From contig CM059425.1 of assembly GCA_030390025.1 (NCBI GenBank), forward strand, positions 164,674,001 to 164,738,000: a DNA stretch of 64,000 bases, in the 5' to 3' direction. This document shows, piece after piece, positions 49,566-62,161 of the stretch (position 1 is its first letter; every line of letters starts with the position of its first letter). The position numbers were made by a program, and so were the translations under genes. The notes under the pieces are model-generated. The model was not told where the DNA came from and did not search any database. It saw only the letters and a program-made list of their open reading frames with translations. The DNA comes from Squalus acanthias (taxonomy: Eukaryota).

Positions 49566-50576
49566 AAAAAATAAGAGAACAGTTAAGGCAATTTCTGTCC
49601 AGTTTACACCTCAAATGCAGTGATAGTAGCCCAAAAATGAGTGGCTGCTGCTTTTACTTGCAGTCTAATTTTTGGCCGAATGTGTACCCTGGCAGCTAGA
49701 GCTTCCACCTGAAAGAGATGGGAGCCTCATTAATATGTGCAAATTTGGGTTCAGTGATGTAATTTAGAGTCAATACTATTTTCAGGACTCATTACTTGAC
49801 TTCTGCCAGTTCCTGCTCCTGCCCAAAAACCATGGGTGGTACAAGTTGTGAGGTGCCACATGCAGTGATTATTTAAAGACATCCTCAGATGTCCACAAGT
49901 GAAGTGGTCTAGAGGTTTTGGCGACTTTTTTTTGCAGTGGCTTGTTGGAAATTTCACTAAGTATTTCAAAGAGCTTGTAGTAGCTGCTCTAGGTTCTGAA
50001 CTCCATGTTACCTGCTGCTCCACAATTTTGCTTCTTCTGTGCCACACAAAATGAATCTCGCCTTTAACCTGCTGCTGAAGGATCTTGAGAAGGCCCCAGG
50101 TCAACAATCTGCCTATGGGAAGCGCGTCTTCGCTGGCCGCTTGCCTACCACATTAATGAGGGGCGTGCCAGAAAATCACATGGATCCCCCACCGACTCCT
50201 CCTGAGCGGTTGGTGCGCTCACCCTGTATACATATTTACTGCTCGCACACAAAAATTGGCCAAGTGGTCCTTCAACTGGTCACCAAATTCTATAATTGTT
50301 TTGATTCTAGTAAACTCCGAATACAAATTTGTGACAGTGGGAATACACAGCTGCCTCCAGCCCTCTTGTAACAAACAGCCTCATTCTCCTCTTTGTGGTT
50401 TTAACCATTTTTGCCTTCATTTAGGTTAAATCCTTTGTGCGTGTTAACTGGTGTATGTGTGCTCGGTACCTTCATTATTTTATATTCAAATTCCTATCTT
50501 GATGCTTACTCCAAAAATCTTTCATTTTATGGTGAGCTGTGTTTTTCACTGCTGCTCAGCATGGGTTCCTGTTTGT

Positions 50577-53500
50577 TAAGAACATAAATAGGAGCAGGAG
50601 TAGGCCCTTCGAGCCTGCTCCGCCATTCAATGAGATCATGGCTGATCTTCTGCATCAACTCCATTCACCGGCCCTATCGCCATATCACTTGATGCCCTTA
50701 CCAGTCAGAAATCTATCGACTTCTGTTTTGAATATACCCAATGACTGAGCCTCCACAGCCCTCTGGGGTAGAGAATTCCAAAGATTCACAACCCTCTGAA
50801 GAAATTTCTTCTCATCTCAGTCCTGAATGGCCTACCCTTTATCTTGAGGCTGTGGCCCCTGGTTCTAGACTCCCCAGTAAAGGAAACATTCTCCCAGCAT
50901 CCATCCTATCAAGCCCTGTAATAAGTTTGTATGCTTCAATGAGATCCCCCCTCATTCTTCTGAATTCAAGAGAATACAGGCCTAGTTTACTCAATCTCTC
51001 TCATACGACAGTCCCGCCATCCCAGGAATCAATCTCGTGAACCTTCGTTGCACTCCCTCTATGGCAAGTATATCCTTCCTTAGATAAGGAGACCAAAATT
51101 ATACACCGTACTCCAGGTGTGGTCTTACCAAGGCCCTATATAATTGGAGTAAGACTTCTTTACTCCTGTACTCAAATTCTCTTGTAATGAAGGCCAGCAT
51201 ACCATTTGCCTTCCTAATGGCTTGCTGCACCTGCACATTCGCATTCACTTTCAGTGACTCATGTACAAGGACACCCAGGTCCCTTTGAGCATCTGCATTC
51301 CCCAATCTTTCACCATTTAGGAAATACTCTGCCTTTCTGTTTTTTCTACCAAAGTGGATAACGTCACATTTATCCACATTATATTCCATCTGCCATGTTC
51401 TCGCCCACTCACTGAGCCTGTCGAGGTCCCCTTGAAGCCTCTTCACATCCTCTTCGCAACTGACACTGCCACCTAGCTTTGTATCATCAGCAAATTTGGA
51501 AATGTTACATTTAGTCCCCTCATCCAAATCATTGATATAGATTGTGAATAGCTGGGGCCCAAGCACCGATCCTTGCGGTACCCCACTAGTCACAGCCTGC
51601 CATCCTGAAAAAGACCCGTTTATCCCTACTCTTTGTTTTCTGTCTGTTAACCAATTCTCAATCCATGCTAGTATATTACCCCCAATTCCATGTGCCCTAA
51701 TTTTGTCACCAACCTCTTGTGTGGGACCTTATCGAAGGCCTGCTGAAAATCCAGATACACCACATCTACCGGTTCCCCTTTGTCTACTCCACTAGTTACA
51801 TCCTCAAAGAACTCCAATAGGTTTGTCAAACAGGATTTCCCTTTCATAAATCCATGTTGACTCTGCCCAATCTTACTATTAGTTTCTAAGTGCCCAGTTA
51901 TTGCATCCTTTATAATAGATTCCAGCATTTTCCCAACTACTGATGTGAGGCTAACTAGTCTGTAGTTCCCCGTTTTCTCTCTCCCTCCTTTCTTAAATAG
52001 CGGGGTTACATTTGCTATCCTCCAATCTGCAGGAACCGTTCCAGAATCTATAGAATTTTGGAAGATGACAACCAATGCGTCCACTATTCCAATGGCCACC
52101 TCTTTCAAAACCCTAGGATGTAGGTCATCCGGTCCTTGGGATTTGTCGCCTTTTAGTCCCATTAATTTTGCTAGTACTGGTTTTTTTTTACTAATAATTT
52201 CTTTAAGTTCCTCATTCTCGTCACACCCTTGGTTTTCTCATTTATGGGAGGTTTTTTGTGTGTTCCTCCGTGAAGACAGAAACAAAGTATTTATTTAATT
52301 TCACTGCCATTTCCTCATTCCCCATTATAGATTCTCCCATCTCTGACTGTAAAGGACTGACATTTACCTTCGCCAGTCTTTTCCTTTTGTCATACCTATA
52401 GAAGCTTTTACAATCCGTTTTTATATTTTTTGCTAGTTTGTGCTCATATTCCATTTTTCCTTTATCAATTTCTTGGTCCCCATTTGCTGATTTCTAAAAA
52501 GATCCCAATCCTCAGGCTGACTGCTTTTTCTGGCAACTTTATAAGCTTCCTCCTTTGACTTAATACTAGCTTTAATTTCTTTTGTTAGCCATGGTTGGAT
52601 CACCTTTTCTTTTGGGTTTTTATGCCCTATATGTTTGTTGCAAATTATGCATTATTTCCTTGAATGTTAACCATTGTATGTCCACCTTCATACCTCTTTT
52701 AGTGTAGCCTCCCAATCTACCATGGCCAACTTGTCCCTCATACCCTTGTAGTTTCCTCTGTTTAGATTGAAGACCTTAGTTTCAGATTGGACTACATCAC
52801 TCTCAAACTTAATGTAAAATTCAATCATATTATGGTCACTTGTCCCTAAAGGCCCCTTTACCACAAGATTATTGATTAGCCCTTTCTCATTACACAGTAC
52901 CAGATCCAGAATAGCCTGTTCTCTGGTTGGTTCCTCCACATGCTGATCCAGGAAACCATCTCACATGCATTCCAAGAATTCGTCCTCCACACCATTAGTG
53001 GTAATTTGATTTGCCCAGTCAATATGTAGATTAAAGTCCCCCATGATTACCGTATTGCCCTTGTTACATGCACTTCTAATCTCTTGATTGATACTGTGCC
53101 CTATTACCATTACTGTTTGGTGGCCTATACACAACTCCCACCAATGTTTTCCGCCCTTTGCTGTTTCTTAGCTCCACCCAAACTGATTCCAGTTCAACAT
53201 CACGATCTGCCAAGCCAAGATCTTTTATCTCTACCGTACCGATCTCATCCCTTATTAACAGCGCTACGCCACCTCCTTTTCCTTTTTGTCTGTCCATCCT
53301 AAATGTTGAGTACCCTGGAACATTCAGTTCCCAGCTTTGGTTACCCTGCAACCATGTCTCTGTAATGGCAATTACATCATACCCATTTACTTCTATTAGT
53401 GCCATTAAGTCATCCACCTTGTTGCGAATGCTACGTGCATTTAGATGAAGTGCCTTCAACTTTGCCTGTTTAATATTTTTCTGCACTTTGACCCTCTTTA

Positions 53501-54288
53501 CTGCTGGCCTTTGTTTCTGCTCCCTACTAGTTTTGCTGACTACTTTTCTAACTTGCACTTCCAGCTTTGTTTCTCTCCGTTCTGGGCCGACACTTGGGTT
53601 CCCAGCCCCCTGACAAACTAGTTTAAATCCTTCCTAACAGCACTAGCAAACCCTCCTGCGAGGATATTGGTCCCGTTTCTGCCGAGGTGCAACTCGTCCA
53701 GCTTGTGCAGGTCCCGCCTTCCCCAGAATCGGTCCCAATGCCTCAGGAATTGAAATCCCTCCCTCCTATGCCATCTCTCCAGCCACGCATTCATCTAGTC
53801 TATTCTCCTATTTCTGCTCTCGCTAGCTTGTGGCACTGGGAGTAACCCTGAGATTGCTACCTTTTGAGGTCCTGCTTTTTAATTTATTTCCTAGCTCCCG
53901 ATATTCTGCTTGCAGGACCTCATCCCTCTTTCTGCCTATGTCGTTGGTACCGATATGGACCATGACCTCTGGCTGTTCACCCTCCCCCTTCAGAATGTCC
54001 TGCAGCCGCTCAGTGACATCCTTGACCCTGGCACCAGGGAGGCAACATACCATGCTTCAGATGACACTGCCATCCTGGAGTCACATCTACGGCCGCAGAA
54101 ATGTCTGTCTGTTCCCTTTACGATAGAATCCCCTACCACTATTGCTCTCCCACTCTTTTTCCTCCCCTCCTGTGCAGCTGAGCCACTCGTAGTGCCACGG
54201 ACTTGGCTCTTGCTGCATTCCCCTGAGAAACCATCTCCCCCAGCAGTATCCAAAATGGAAAATCTGTTGGAGAGGGAGATGGACCCAG
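50577..54288 (-). mobile_element. CR1 LINE, about 3.7 kb: ORF1 esterase domain, APE endonuclease, RT and 3' UTR (pseudogenised)
   Basis: ORF1 SGNH motifs IVVGDSIV, CLPGARV, VHIGTND. Endonuclease LNARSI, IAITETWL, GGGVALL, GVVYRPP, LDLVL, SDHN. RT GPDDLHPRVLKE, QHGFMKGKSCLTNL, GVPQGSVLGP, KFADD. Confidence 0.95.
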
Positions 54289-55219
54289 TTGTCTAATTAC
54301 CAGGTAGTCATTGGCTCCAAGATCGTACTCCTGGTGATGAGATTTGAGAAATGGCTCTATCCTCTGTTACAGACTCTGTAATCTGATACCCGAGGAAGGC
54401 AGGTCTGCAATACTCCAAGGTGCTGTCAGTGGGATTTTGTGGGCTAGACCTATCGCTGGAGGCTGGGATTCTTTCCACTTTGCTTCAGATGACACCACCC
54501 CATTAATCTAGGTTGTTGCTAACTGGACCAGTAGCGGGATGTTTACCAGTGCCCTGTGCTGGCCGGCTGTGCAGTTTTAATTGGTTAAACTCCTCTCAGT
54601 ACTTTGGAGTCCCTAAAATCTAGTTTGGGCTAACCTGTACCTAAATCTCTAGGTTTCGGTAAGTGACTGTATCTCTAATGAGTGGTGGGTTGGTATGTGG
54701 CAGACACTAGGCTGACCAAAAATATCTAAAGCTTGCGCACCATGGTGGATTATTTACTGCTGTGTGTAACGCTGAACCAAACTCTGACTTCAAAGCTGTA
54801 ATATGATGAGAGTTCACAAAAACTGTTGAATTTCCAAAGTTACCCTTTCCAAACAACTTTTCAAAAAAATCCTCGCTTTTCTTTTGTGTCTTTCCCCAAA
54901 GAAGTGGAGGTGCGGAGGGGTAAATTAAGCTTCAGGATGTCTCTGCAGACACCTTCTACCCTCCACAGTTTGTGAAAAGGTGCTCCATCTCCCTCCCCTC
55001 AGCCCAAGTGTGAATGTCAGTACAGGGATTTTAGTTTGGTTCTCTAGCTGACTGCAGTTCTCTAGCACTGTACCTAAACCACCAATTTCAGCATGAAATT
55101 AATGTAAGGAAGGTATTCCTTTTGGCAAGCTAGGTTTTCTTTAAAACTGCAAAATCTGATTAAAACACTGCGGATATTTTCAATAATGTTCCAATATATC
55201 GGTCTGCAATCTGTTCCAG

Positions 55220-55354
55220 AATACCACAACTTTAATTGCCAATGGACTGTGTCAAGACACGTTTTGGAAAAGTGTTAAAATGAGCACTTATCTGGTGGCC
55301 TTTATTGTGGCTGATTTGAAGAACGTCAGCCAGGAGACTGCAAGTGGAACGCTG
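55220..55354 (+). CDS. LNPEP: LNPEP coding exon 4 (135 bp; not in the ORF track)
   Basis: ttccAG|AAT...CTG|GTAAGT. Translates NTTTLIANGLCQDTFWKSVKMSTYLVAFIVADLKNVSQETASGTL (M1 KMSTYLVAF motif), phase 0 at both ends. Confidence 0.95.
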
Positions 55355-55384
55355 GTAAGTTCCCTACTATTTTTTTATTTATAT

Positions 55385-57420
55385 GGGTGATGTAGGCAAG
55401 GCCGCATTTATTATCCATCCCCATTTGCTCCAAGGTGGTGGTAGTGGGCCTTCTCCTTGAATCACTATAGTTGTGCTAATAGTGCTCCCACAATGGCGTT
55501 AGCTAGGAATTTCAGGATTCTGACCCAGCAAAGATGAAGGAATAGATGATATAGGTCCAAGTCAAGAGGATATGTGACTGAAGTGATTTTGTTCCCACAA
55601 CATTGCTAGTCTTGTTTTTCCTGTTGGTAGAGGTCACAGGGGAGGGAGGTGCTAACAAAGTAACCATGGTGAGTTGCTGTACTTTATCCTGTAGATTTTA
55701 CATACTGCAGCAACAGTGCACCAGTGGTGGAAGGGGTGGGTGTTGAGTCCAGTAGCAGGAGGATTAGTCAAGCGAACTGGTCCATCCTGGATGCTGTCAC
55801 ATTTCTTGACTGTTGCACCTGCGTCCATCTAAACGCGTGGTGAGCATTCCATCTCACTTCTGACTTGAGCCTTGTAGATGGTTGAAAGACTTTGAGGGGT
55901 CAGGAGGTGAATACCCAGCTGCTGTCCTGCTCTTGTAGTCATAGTGTTGATGTGGCTGGTCCAGTTCAGCTTCCGGTGAATAGTGATCCCCGGGATATTG
56001 ATGTTGGGGACTTGGTGATGGTGGTGCAGTTCCAGGTCAAGGAGAGGTGGCTTGGCTTTCACTTCGAGATGATCAGAGCCTGCCATTTATGTGGCGCAAA
56101 TGTAACCTGCCACTTGTTAGACTAAGTTTGGATGACATTGGCTGCTTCATTATCAGGAGTTGTGAATGGAGCTGAATGCTGTGAAATTATCAATGAACAG
56201 CCCCACTCCTGACCTTACTATGGAGGGAAGGTCATTGATAAAGCAGCTGTAAATGGTTGGGCTAAGGACACTTCTCTGAGGAACTCCTGCTGTATTGTCC
56301 TGGGGTTGTAATAACTGGCCTTGGCAGCCACAATCATCTACCTTAGCATCAGGTAAGACGCGAACCATCGGAGGGGTTTCCCTTTGGTCCCCATTGACTT
56401 CAGTTTTGTTGAAGCTCCTTGGTGCCATACTCAGTTGAATGTCTTGATGTCCAGGGCAGCTACCTTCACCTCTCCTTGATATTCAGCTATTGCAGCCATC
56501 CTTGGATCAAGGCTGTGATGAGGTCAGGGGCCGAGTGGTTCTGGTGGAACCTGAACTGAGCATCGGTGAGTAGGTGTTGCTTGATGGTGCTATTGATGAC
56601 TCCTTGCATCACTTTACTGATGATTGAAAGGAGGCCAATATGGTGGTAATTAGCCAAGTTAGATTTCTCATGTGTTTTGTTGATCGGGCATACCTGTCAA
56701 TCTTCCACCAGTGTCATAGCTGTACTGGAACAGCTTGGCTAAGGGAGCTTTCGTACACAGGTCTTTATCATTACTGCTCATAGCCTTTGCAACATCCAGT
56801 GCACTCAGCTGCTTCTTAATCTCATGGGAAGTGAACCAAATTAGCTGGGCACTGGTATTTATGATGATGGGGACCTCGGGAAAAGGCCGAGTCAGATCAT
56901 CCACTCAGCACTTTTGGCTGAGGACACTTGCAAACTCTTCAGCCTAGTCTTGTGCACTCATATTGGACTCTACCATGGCTGAGGATATGGATATTCATTC
57001 AACCTTCTCTTCCTGCTAGTTGCCTGGTTGTCCTCCACCATGTTCAACTGGATGTGGTAGAACTAGAGCTTTTCTCTGATTCATTGATTATGGGACTGCC
57101 TAGCTCTTTGTTTGGCATCTAGGTAGCCCTGTGTTGTAGCTTCACTACATGTGTACCTCATTCTATGGTATGCCTGGTGCTGCTTTTTCCACACTCTGGA
57201 ATGAACCACAGTTGGTATCTTGGCTTGATGGTGGATCAAGAAGAGATGTGCCAGACCATGAGGTTGCATATTGTGATGATATTTAATTCTGCTGCTTATG
57301 GCCCACATTGACTCATTGATGCTCAGTTTTGGGTTTCTAGCTCTGTCTTTTGTCTGTCCCACTTGGCACAGTACTGACACACTACACAACCAAGGATGTC
57401 CTGACCATGGAGACGAGTGT
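55385..57420 (-). mobile_element. Old family-B CR1-clade LINE filling most of LNPEP intron 4
   Basis: Minus remnants AGVPQRSVLSPTIYSCFINDLP, KLNWTSHINT, PLAKLFQYSY. The tail complement begins about 30 bp after the exon 4 donor. Confidence 0.85.
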
Positions 57421-57547
57421 TTGTCTTTAAAAAGCTAATGTTCTGTAGGCTCATCTCATTCAAGAGGTTTTCTGGTGATGTAACTCTTGTGGCTAGACAA
57501 TTCTGATTTAATACTTCTGATGCTCTTATTCCCTTGTACTTGATTAG

Positions 57548-57668
57548 GTATCTGTGTATGCTGTTCCTGACAAGATGGATCAAATGCATTATGCATTAGA
57601 AGCAACAGTGAAGCTTCTGAAGTTTTATGAGGGCTACTTCAATATATCCTATCCCTTAAAGAAGCTAG
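57548..57668 (+). CDS. LNPEP: LNPEP coding exon 5 (121 bp; not in the ORF track)
   Basis: ttAG|GTA...CTAG|GTAAGG. Translates [40 protein letters not shown] plus 1 nt. Confidence 0.95.
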
Positions 57669-59229
57669 GTAAGGTAAAATAAAAACCGCTTTTAATAAAG
57701 CCTGGACGCGCTGCTGCTGTCTGTCCATAACTGAGACTGATAATAGCCCTAATATCTCTACTGCATGAATGACATTTGGCAAAGTGTTGGAATGTCCTGG
57801 TGTGCCTCCAGATTAAATTTTGGCACGCCCTAACACTGGAGGATTTAAAACCGAATCATGCCTGTGATCTCACTCCGGTTTTAGCTTACTGACTATTACT
57901 TGTGAATGCACGTACAGCCTGCATGCTTAAAAGGTATACCCTACTTGTGTGTAGTACTATAGCATATTGAAGAAAATCTTCAGCCCTGAATGGAGTAGTT
58001 GGGTGTGATTTTTACAAAAAAAAACTAAGCAAAGTCAATGCAGTGAAACGTTTTAATTTTGTTAAAGTAACATCATTTGGACGTGTGAGCAGAAGAGTCA
58101 TATACTGGCCAACTTCCATGTTTCCTTTGATGACTTCTGTGTGGGAATGTGCACTTGCAGGAATTATCTGCATGGCTTGATCCCATATCACACTATACAA
58201 GTGCACTTCATCTTAGCTGACAATCCATATTGCCAAAGAGAGCAAGCATCTGTTCTTTCGTTTCCTATTGAATATAATGGCATTCAGAGTTTAAGATTAA
58301 TTTCTGCATGGTAGAAATTGCTTTGCTAAATGTCAACCGTAACATTTAAACCAACCTTCTATTAGTTTTACTTCAATAGACACTGTAATTGAGAATCTGC
58401 GACCCCAACTGAGCCCATGGAAGCGTTGCTTTACTGCAATGTATTCCAAGTAGACCAAAGTTCTACAGTTCCAGATGCAGCTGTTTCAGAATTTCACAAA
58501 GACTGAGCAGAATTCTATTCAATTTGTGCTGACACCAAATAGTTAGGTGCCAGCGGAATGGATGGTACAGTGAGTCAGATCATTGCACTTGCATCTCTAA
58601 GAGCTTGGCATGAGTTCAGTGCAGACCAGTAGGATGCACGTCTCCACTCTTATCAATTGTAAGGGTCCAAATTGAAATTGGTCTCGGCAGTCGCATCCAT
58701 TTCCTAGTGGGCAAGTTTCCCACAGTCGAGGGGGAAAAATACTACCTGTAATTAATCACTAAACTGGTACTCATTCAGAAATAGTTTGAGGGAATTAGCA
58801 CTCTTTGGAGGTTGGATTTAAATTTATTGTTGGTACTCTACCAGAGCTGTGTGACACACAACCTGGGAGTGCTCCAGCAATAACAGTTGTCACTTTGATC
58901 AAAAATTACTTTTTTTCTGCTGAAGTAAATTGTTCGAACCATAATAAACTTAACTAAACAGGATGGCATAAAGAAAGCATGTTTTTAAATGTATTAACAA
59001 TGTAGAACTTGGCATGCTGCAGGTGGGGAGAAAGTTGCCAATTCAGTTTAATTTTTGTTGGGTCATTACCACAGTTAGGCCACCCTAGTAGTGGCCAACC
59101 CATCACTACTCCTCTGCCTTCCTACTCTCCTACCACCATCCCAGGCTTGAATCCACCTTGGAGAAGCCCACAGTTGTCCTCTGTGCCTCACTTGGCTTTC
59201 TCGGAAGGGCCCATCGAAGTGTCTGCCGC

Positions 59230-59650
59230 TGCCTCCTTGCAAGCAGCAACCCCAACTGTTTCATGCTCCTTTCTCTCGTTGACCTTTCCTCCCAGCGCAT
59301 CTGCGAGGGGCTTATCTCATCAATTTCCTTCCCGTCCTGCTCATATCATCCTCCAATGCACTTTTGGACTCTGCCAGCGGATCAACAATCTCCGCCCCCT
59401 CCACATTTCCCTCCAGAAGGCTTGTCCACTCATGAACATGGCCCTCCTTTCCTGTCACGTAAACTCTCCTAGTTATAATCACGACCATCCCCTCGACCTT
59501 GCCATCTCATGTGACCTCTCTATTGCCATGGTCTCAGTCACAGAAAAGACCATCTCTGACTGTTTCCTTTTGTTCCCCACAACCCCTATCCATTTCCAGC
59601 CCTACTTGCTTCCACGTCCACCCCGGAATAAACTCTCCTCCAAGTTCAGG
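59230..59650 (+). mobile_element. L2 LINE endonuclease-region fragment
   Basis: HVNSPSYNHDHPLDLAIS...ISD motif typical of the L2 APE C-terminus. Confidence 0.55.
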
Positions 59651-59812
59651 GACCAAGGACACAGAAGTTGGGTCAGACCATTTCGCAGAAAACCTTGGCA
59701 GCCATCTAAAACAGGTGGTCGGTCCCTCAAATATACAAATTTCTAAATTTTTATTCGAAATGAAATGTACAGACATGAGGGATGTTTGGGGGGGGGGGGG
59801 GGAAGAAACGCT

Positions 59813-60451
59813 GGCCCCAATTTTAACTCTCACTCCCCAAGGTGGAAATCAGGCGAGGGCACAGTTGAAATGGAGTGGAGGATTTACCCACTCCTTTCCC
59901 TCTCCAATCTGACCACCTGGCAAGGCACCTGCCCAAGCCGGCAGGGTTCTCTTTAAATATGCAGAACAGGGCTTGATGATGTCATCGTGCCTGATCTGCT
60001 ATTTTAACCAGATTCCTGAGCTGGGAGCAGTGATGACTGCCCCCCACCAGGCCAAACCTGCTAGGAGGGTCAGAAGAGGGTAAAGTAAATTTTAATTTTT
60101 GGGGGGTTTCCTTGAGGTTCCTCCAGGCCCCAAAAGGAAACATTGGGCCGTCCTTGCCCCAGGTCTTCCCCCCACCCCCCCCCCAAAAAAAAAAATTCAT
60201 GATTGCATCTGGAGTTCCCCCTTAATACACACCTGACTGCCGGGGACCATTCCCGCTGATCCCCAGTAGCGACTTCCTTCAGTCCGAATTCCTATTCCTG
60301 GCTGCTGGCCGTGCAGTGATTTCTACCAGGTTTAGGCTGGAGTTGGGTACTGAATATTAAAAGATGCCCGGGAGTTAAATTCTCTCTGGGCCACGACATA
60401 CGAGCCCAGGTCCCTCACAGACTGATCTCACCCCGAGGTAAAATTAGGGCC
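59813..60451. mobile_element. Non-autonomous DNA element (Harbinger-like MITE)
   Basis: TIRs GGCCCCAATTTTAACTC and GAGGTAAAATTAGGGCC (15/17 match). No clear direct TSD. Confidence 0.6.
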
Positions 60452-61539
60452 AGTGTTTGATTCTGCATTTCATTCTTTCTGTCCTCTGAAGGCTCACTGA
60501 GACGGTGCCTTTGTTAACACTATGCCAGGTTTAATACATTGGGAAACTACAAAAGATTGCACTGGCAGGACTCTGTCTCCCAATTGAAACCCTTTTTGAA
60601 TAATCAGTATTTTAATTGTTTTCATTTTAGTACCAAAAATGTGAAAGCTGCTGAGCTAGTGTCCGATCAGCTTAACTGCTTCAAGCTTCCATTTTTCCAA
60701 TCTTGTTTGAAGCATGGTACTGATATTGGAGATAAACAGAACAAGGTATTTTTTTTGTGCAAGAGCGCAAGCAGATAATTTGAACTCTACGTGGAGCACT
60801 CTAAGGAACGCATTGTGGGTAATGATCCCTCACACTCCTACTTTTTCACCAGAATTCACTAGTACGGAGGGGATTTTGAACCAGGAAACTAAGCCCTCTA
60901 TTTTCCCTTAACAGAGCGAGATGGAAAATGGTCTGCAGTGACGCTGTATTGTATTGACACTGTATTGTGTTCTACTGTAAATTTTCTGAGGGCTCTGTCT
61001 CCCTTTATGTTCAGAAAGGTTGAAGCCAAGGCATGACCAAGCGTATACAAACTAGAACAGTAAATGCAACGAACATTGTAAAATTATTAAGGAAGAAAGG
61101 AAGTTGGCCTTTCTGTTTTCACTTTATCTCTCTCTACCCATGATAACAGTGTGTTGTTTGTTCTCCAGCTCTGTCAGTCTGCTGGGCAAGGACATGTCAA
61201 CATGGAGTCTTTGTGTATTCTCTTGTAGTTGTCAATAAAATAAGGACATCACCTCTATCATTCCTGTTCTCATGTCCTTGTTTTGAGCAACTGTTCAAAC
61301 CATGTACCCTTCAAAGAAATCAGTCGATCAATCTGCATGCTTTGTGTGAGCTCATAGCTATTCTGTACTGTAGTTGCTTGCATATGCCAAGGCTTGAAAT
61401 TAAAGATAGTGGACAAATAAGTAAGAAATTTTCTTAATTTAAAAAAAATTGGAATCAACAAAACTTCAGTACATATGGTACTTGACGTGCAATATGGGAT
61501 TTTGAATTATGTTGCACTGACAAGATACAATGTAGGGTT

Positions 61540-61655
61540 GAACATAAGGATAGAAGTAAGCCCTTCAAGTCTGTTCTGCCATTCAATTAAATCATGATCT
61601 GTAGCTCAACCTCATTTTCACTCCTTTGATCCATATCCCTTGATACCCTTGCCTT
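61540..61655 (-). mobile_element. CR1 3' tail fragment
   Basis: gaacataaggatagaagtaagcccttcaagtctgttctgccattcaat...catatcccttgatacc resembles the tail at 50580-50700. Confidence 0.6.
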
Positions 61656-62006
61656 GCCTACAGTTGTGCCACTGTCCCTGTAGATTATGGTAGTGTCACC
61701 AGCAACCTTGGATTCTAAACTGAATATAGTATACAAGAAATCTTGTCTGTAGATGGCTGCTGGACCTAATGGGCTACAAGCTCAAAGCGATGCCCCCAAA
61801 AAAGAATCTGTTGCTGGTAAAACACTTATTTTGAAATTCTGCTGTGTTGATTAGGAGGGGATACAAGGGGATAGAACTCTGGCTCACTAAATTAACCTTG
61901 TGGAAGGCTGATTATTATTTTATATTATATTAATTATTTACATTTGCCTGTAATGCATTCACATTTGGCATTCTTTGGATTAAAAACTTATTTTTTCCTT
62001 TCCTAG

Positions 62007-62161
62007 ATTTGGTGGCTGTCCCTGATTTTGAAGCAGGAGCCATGGAAAATTGGGGCCTAATCACTTTCAGAGAGATAGCACTCCTTTACAGAGAAGAAAC
62101 TGCATCAATACTGGACAAACAGATAGTTACCATGGTGATAGCTCACGAATTGGCTCATCAG
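62007..62161 (+). CDS. LNPEP: LNPEP coding exon 6 (155 bp) with GAMEN and HEXXH catalytic motifs
   Basis: ttcctAG|AT...CAG|GTattt. Translates (D)[56 protein letters not shown] is at 62036-62050 and HELAH at 62144-62158. Confidence 0.97.
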
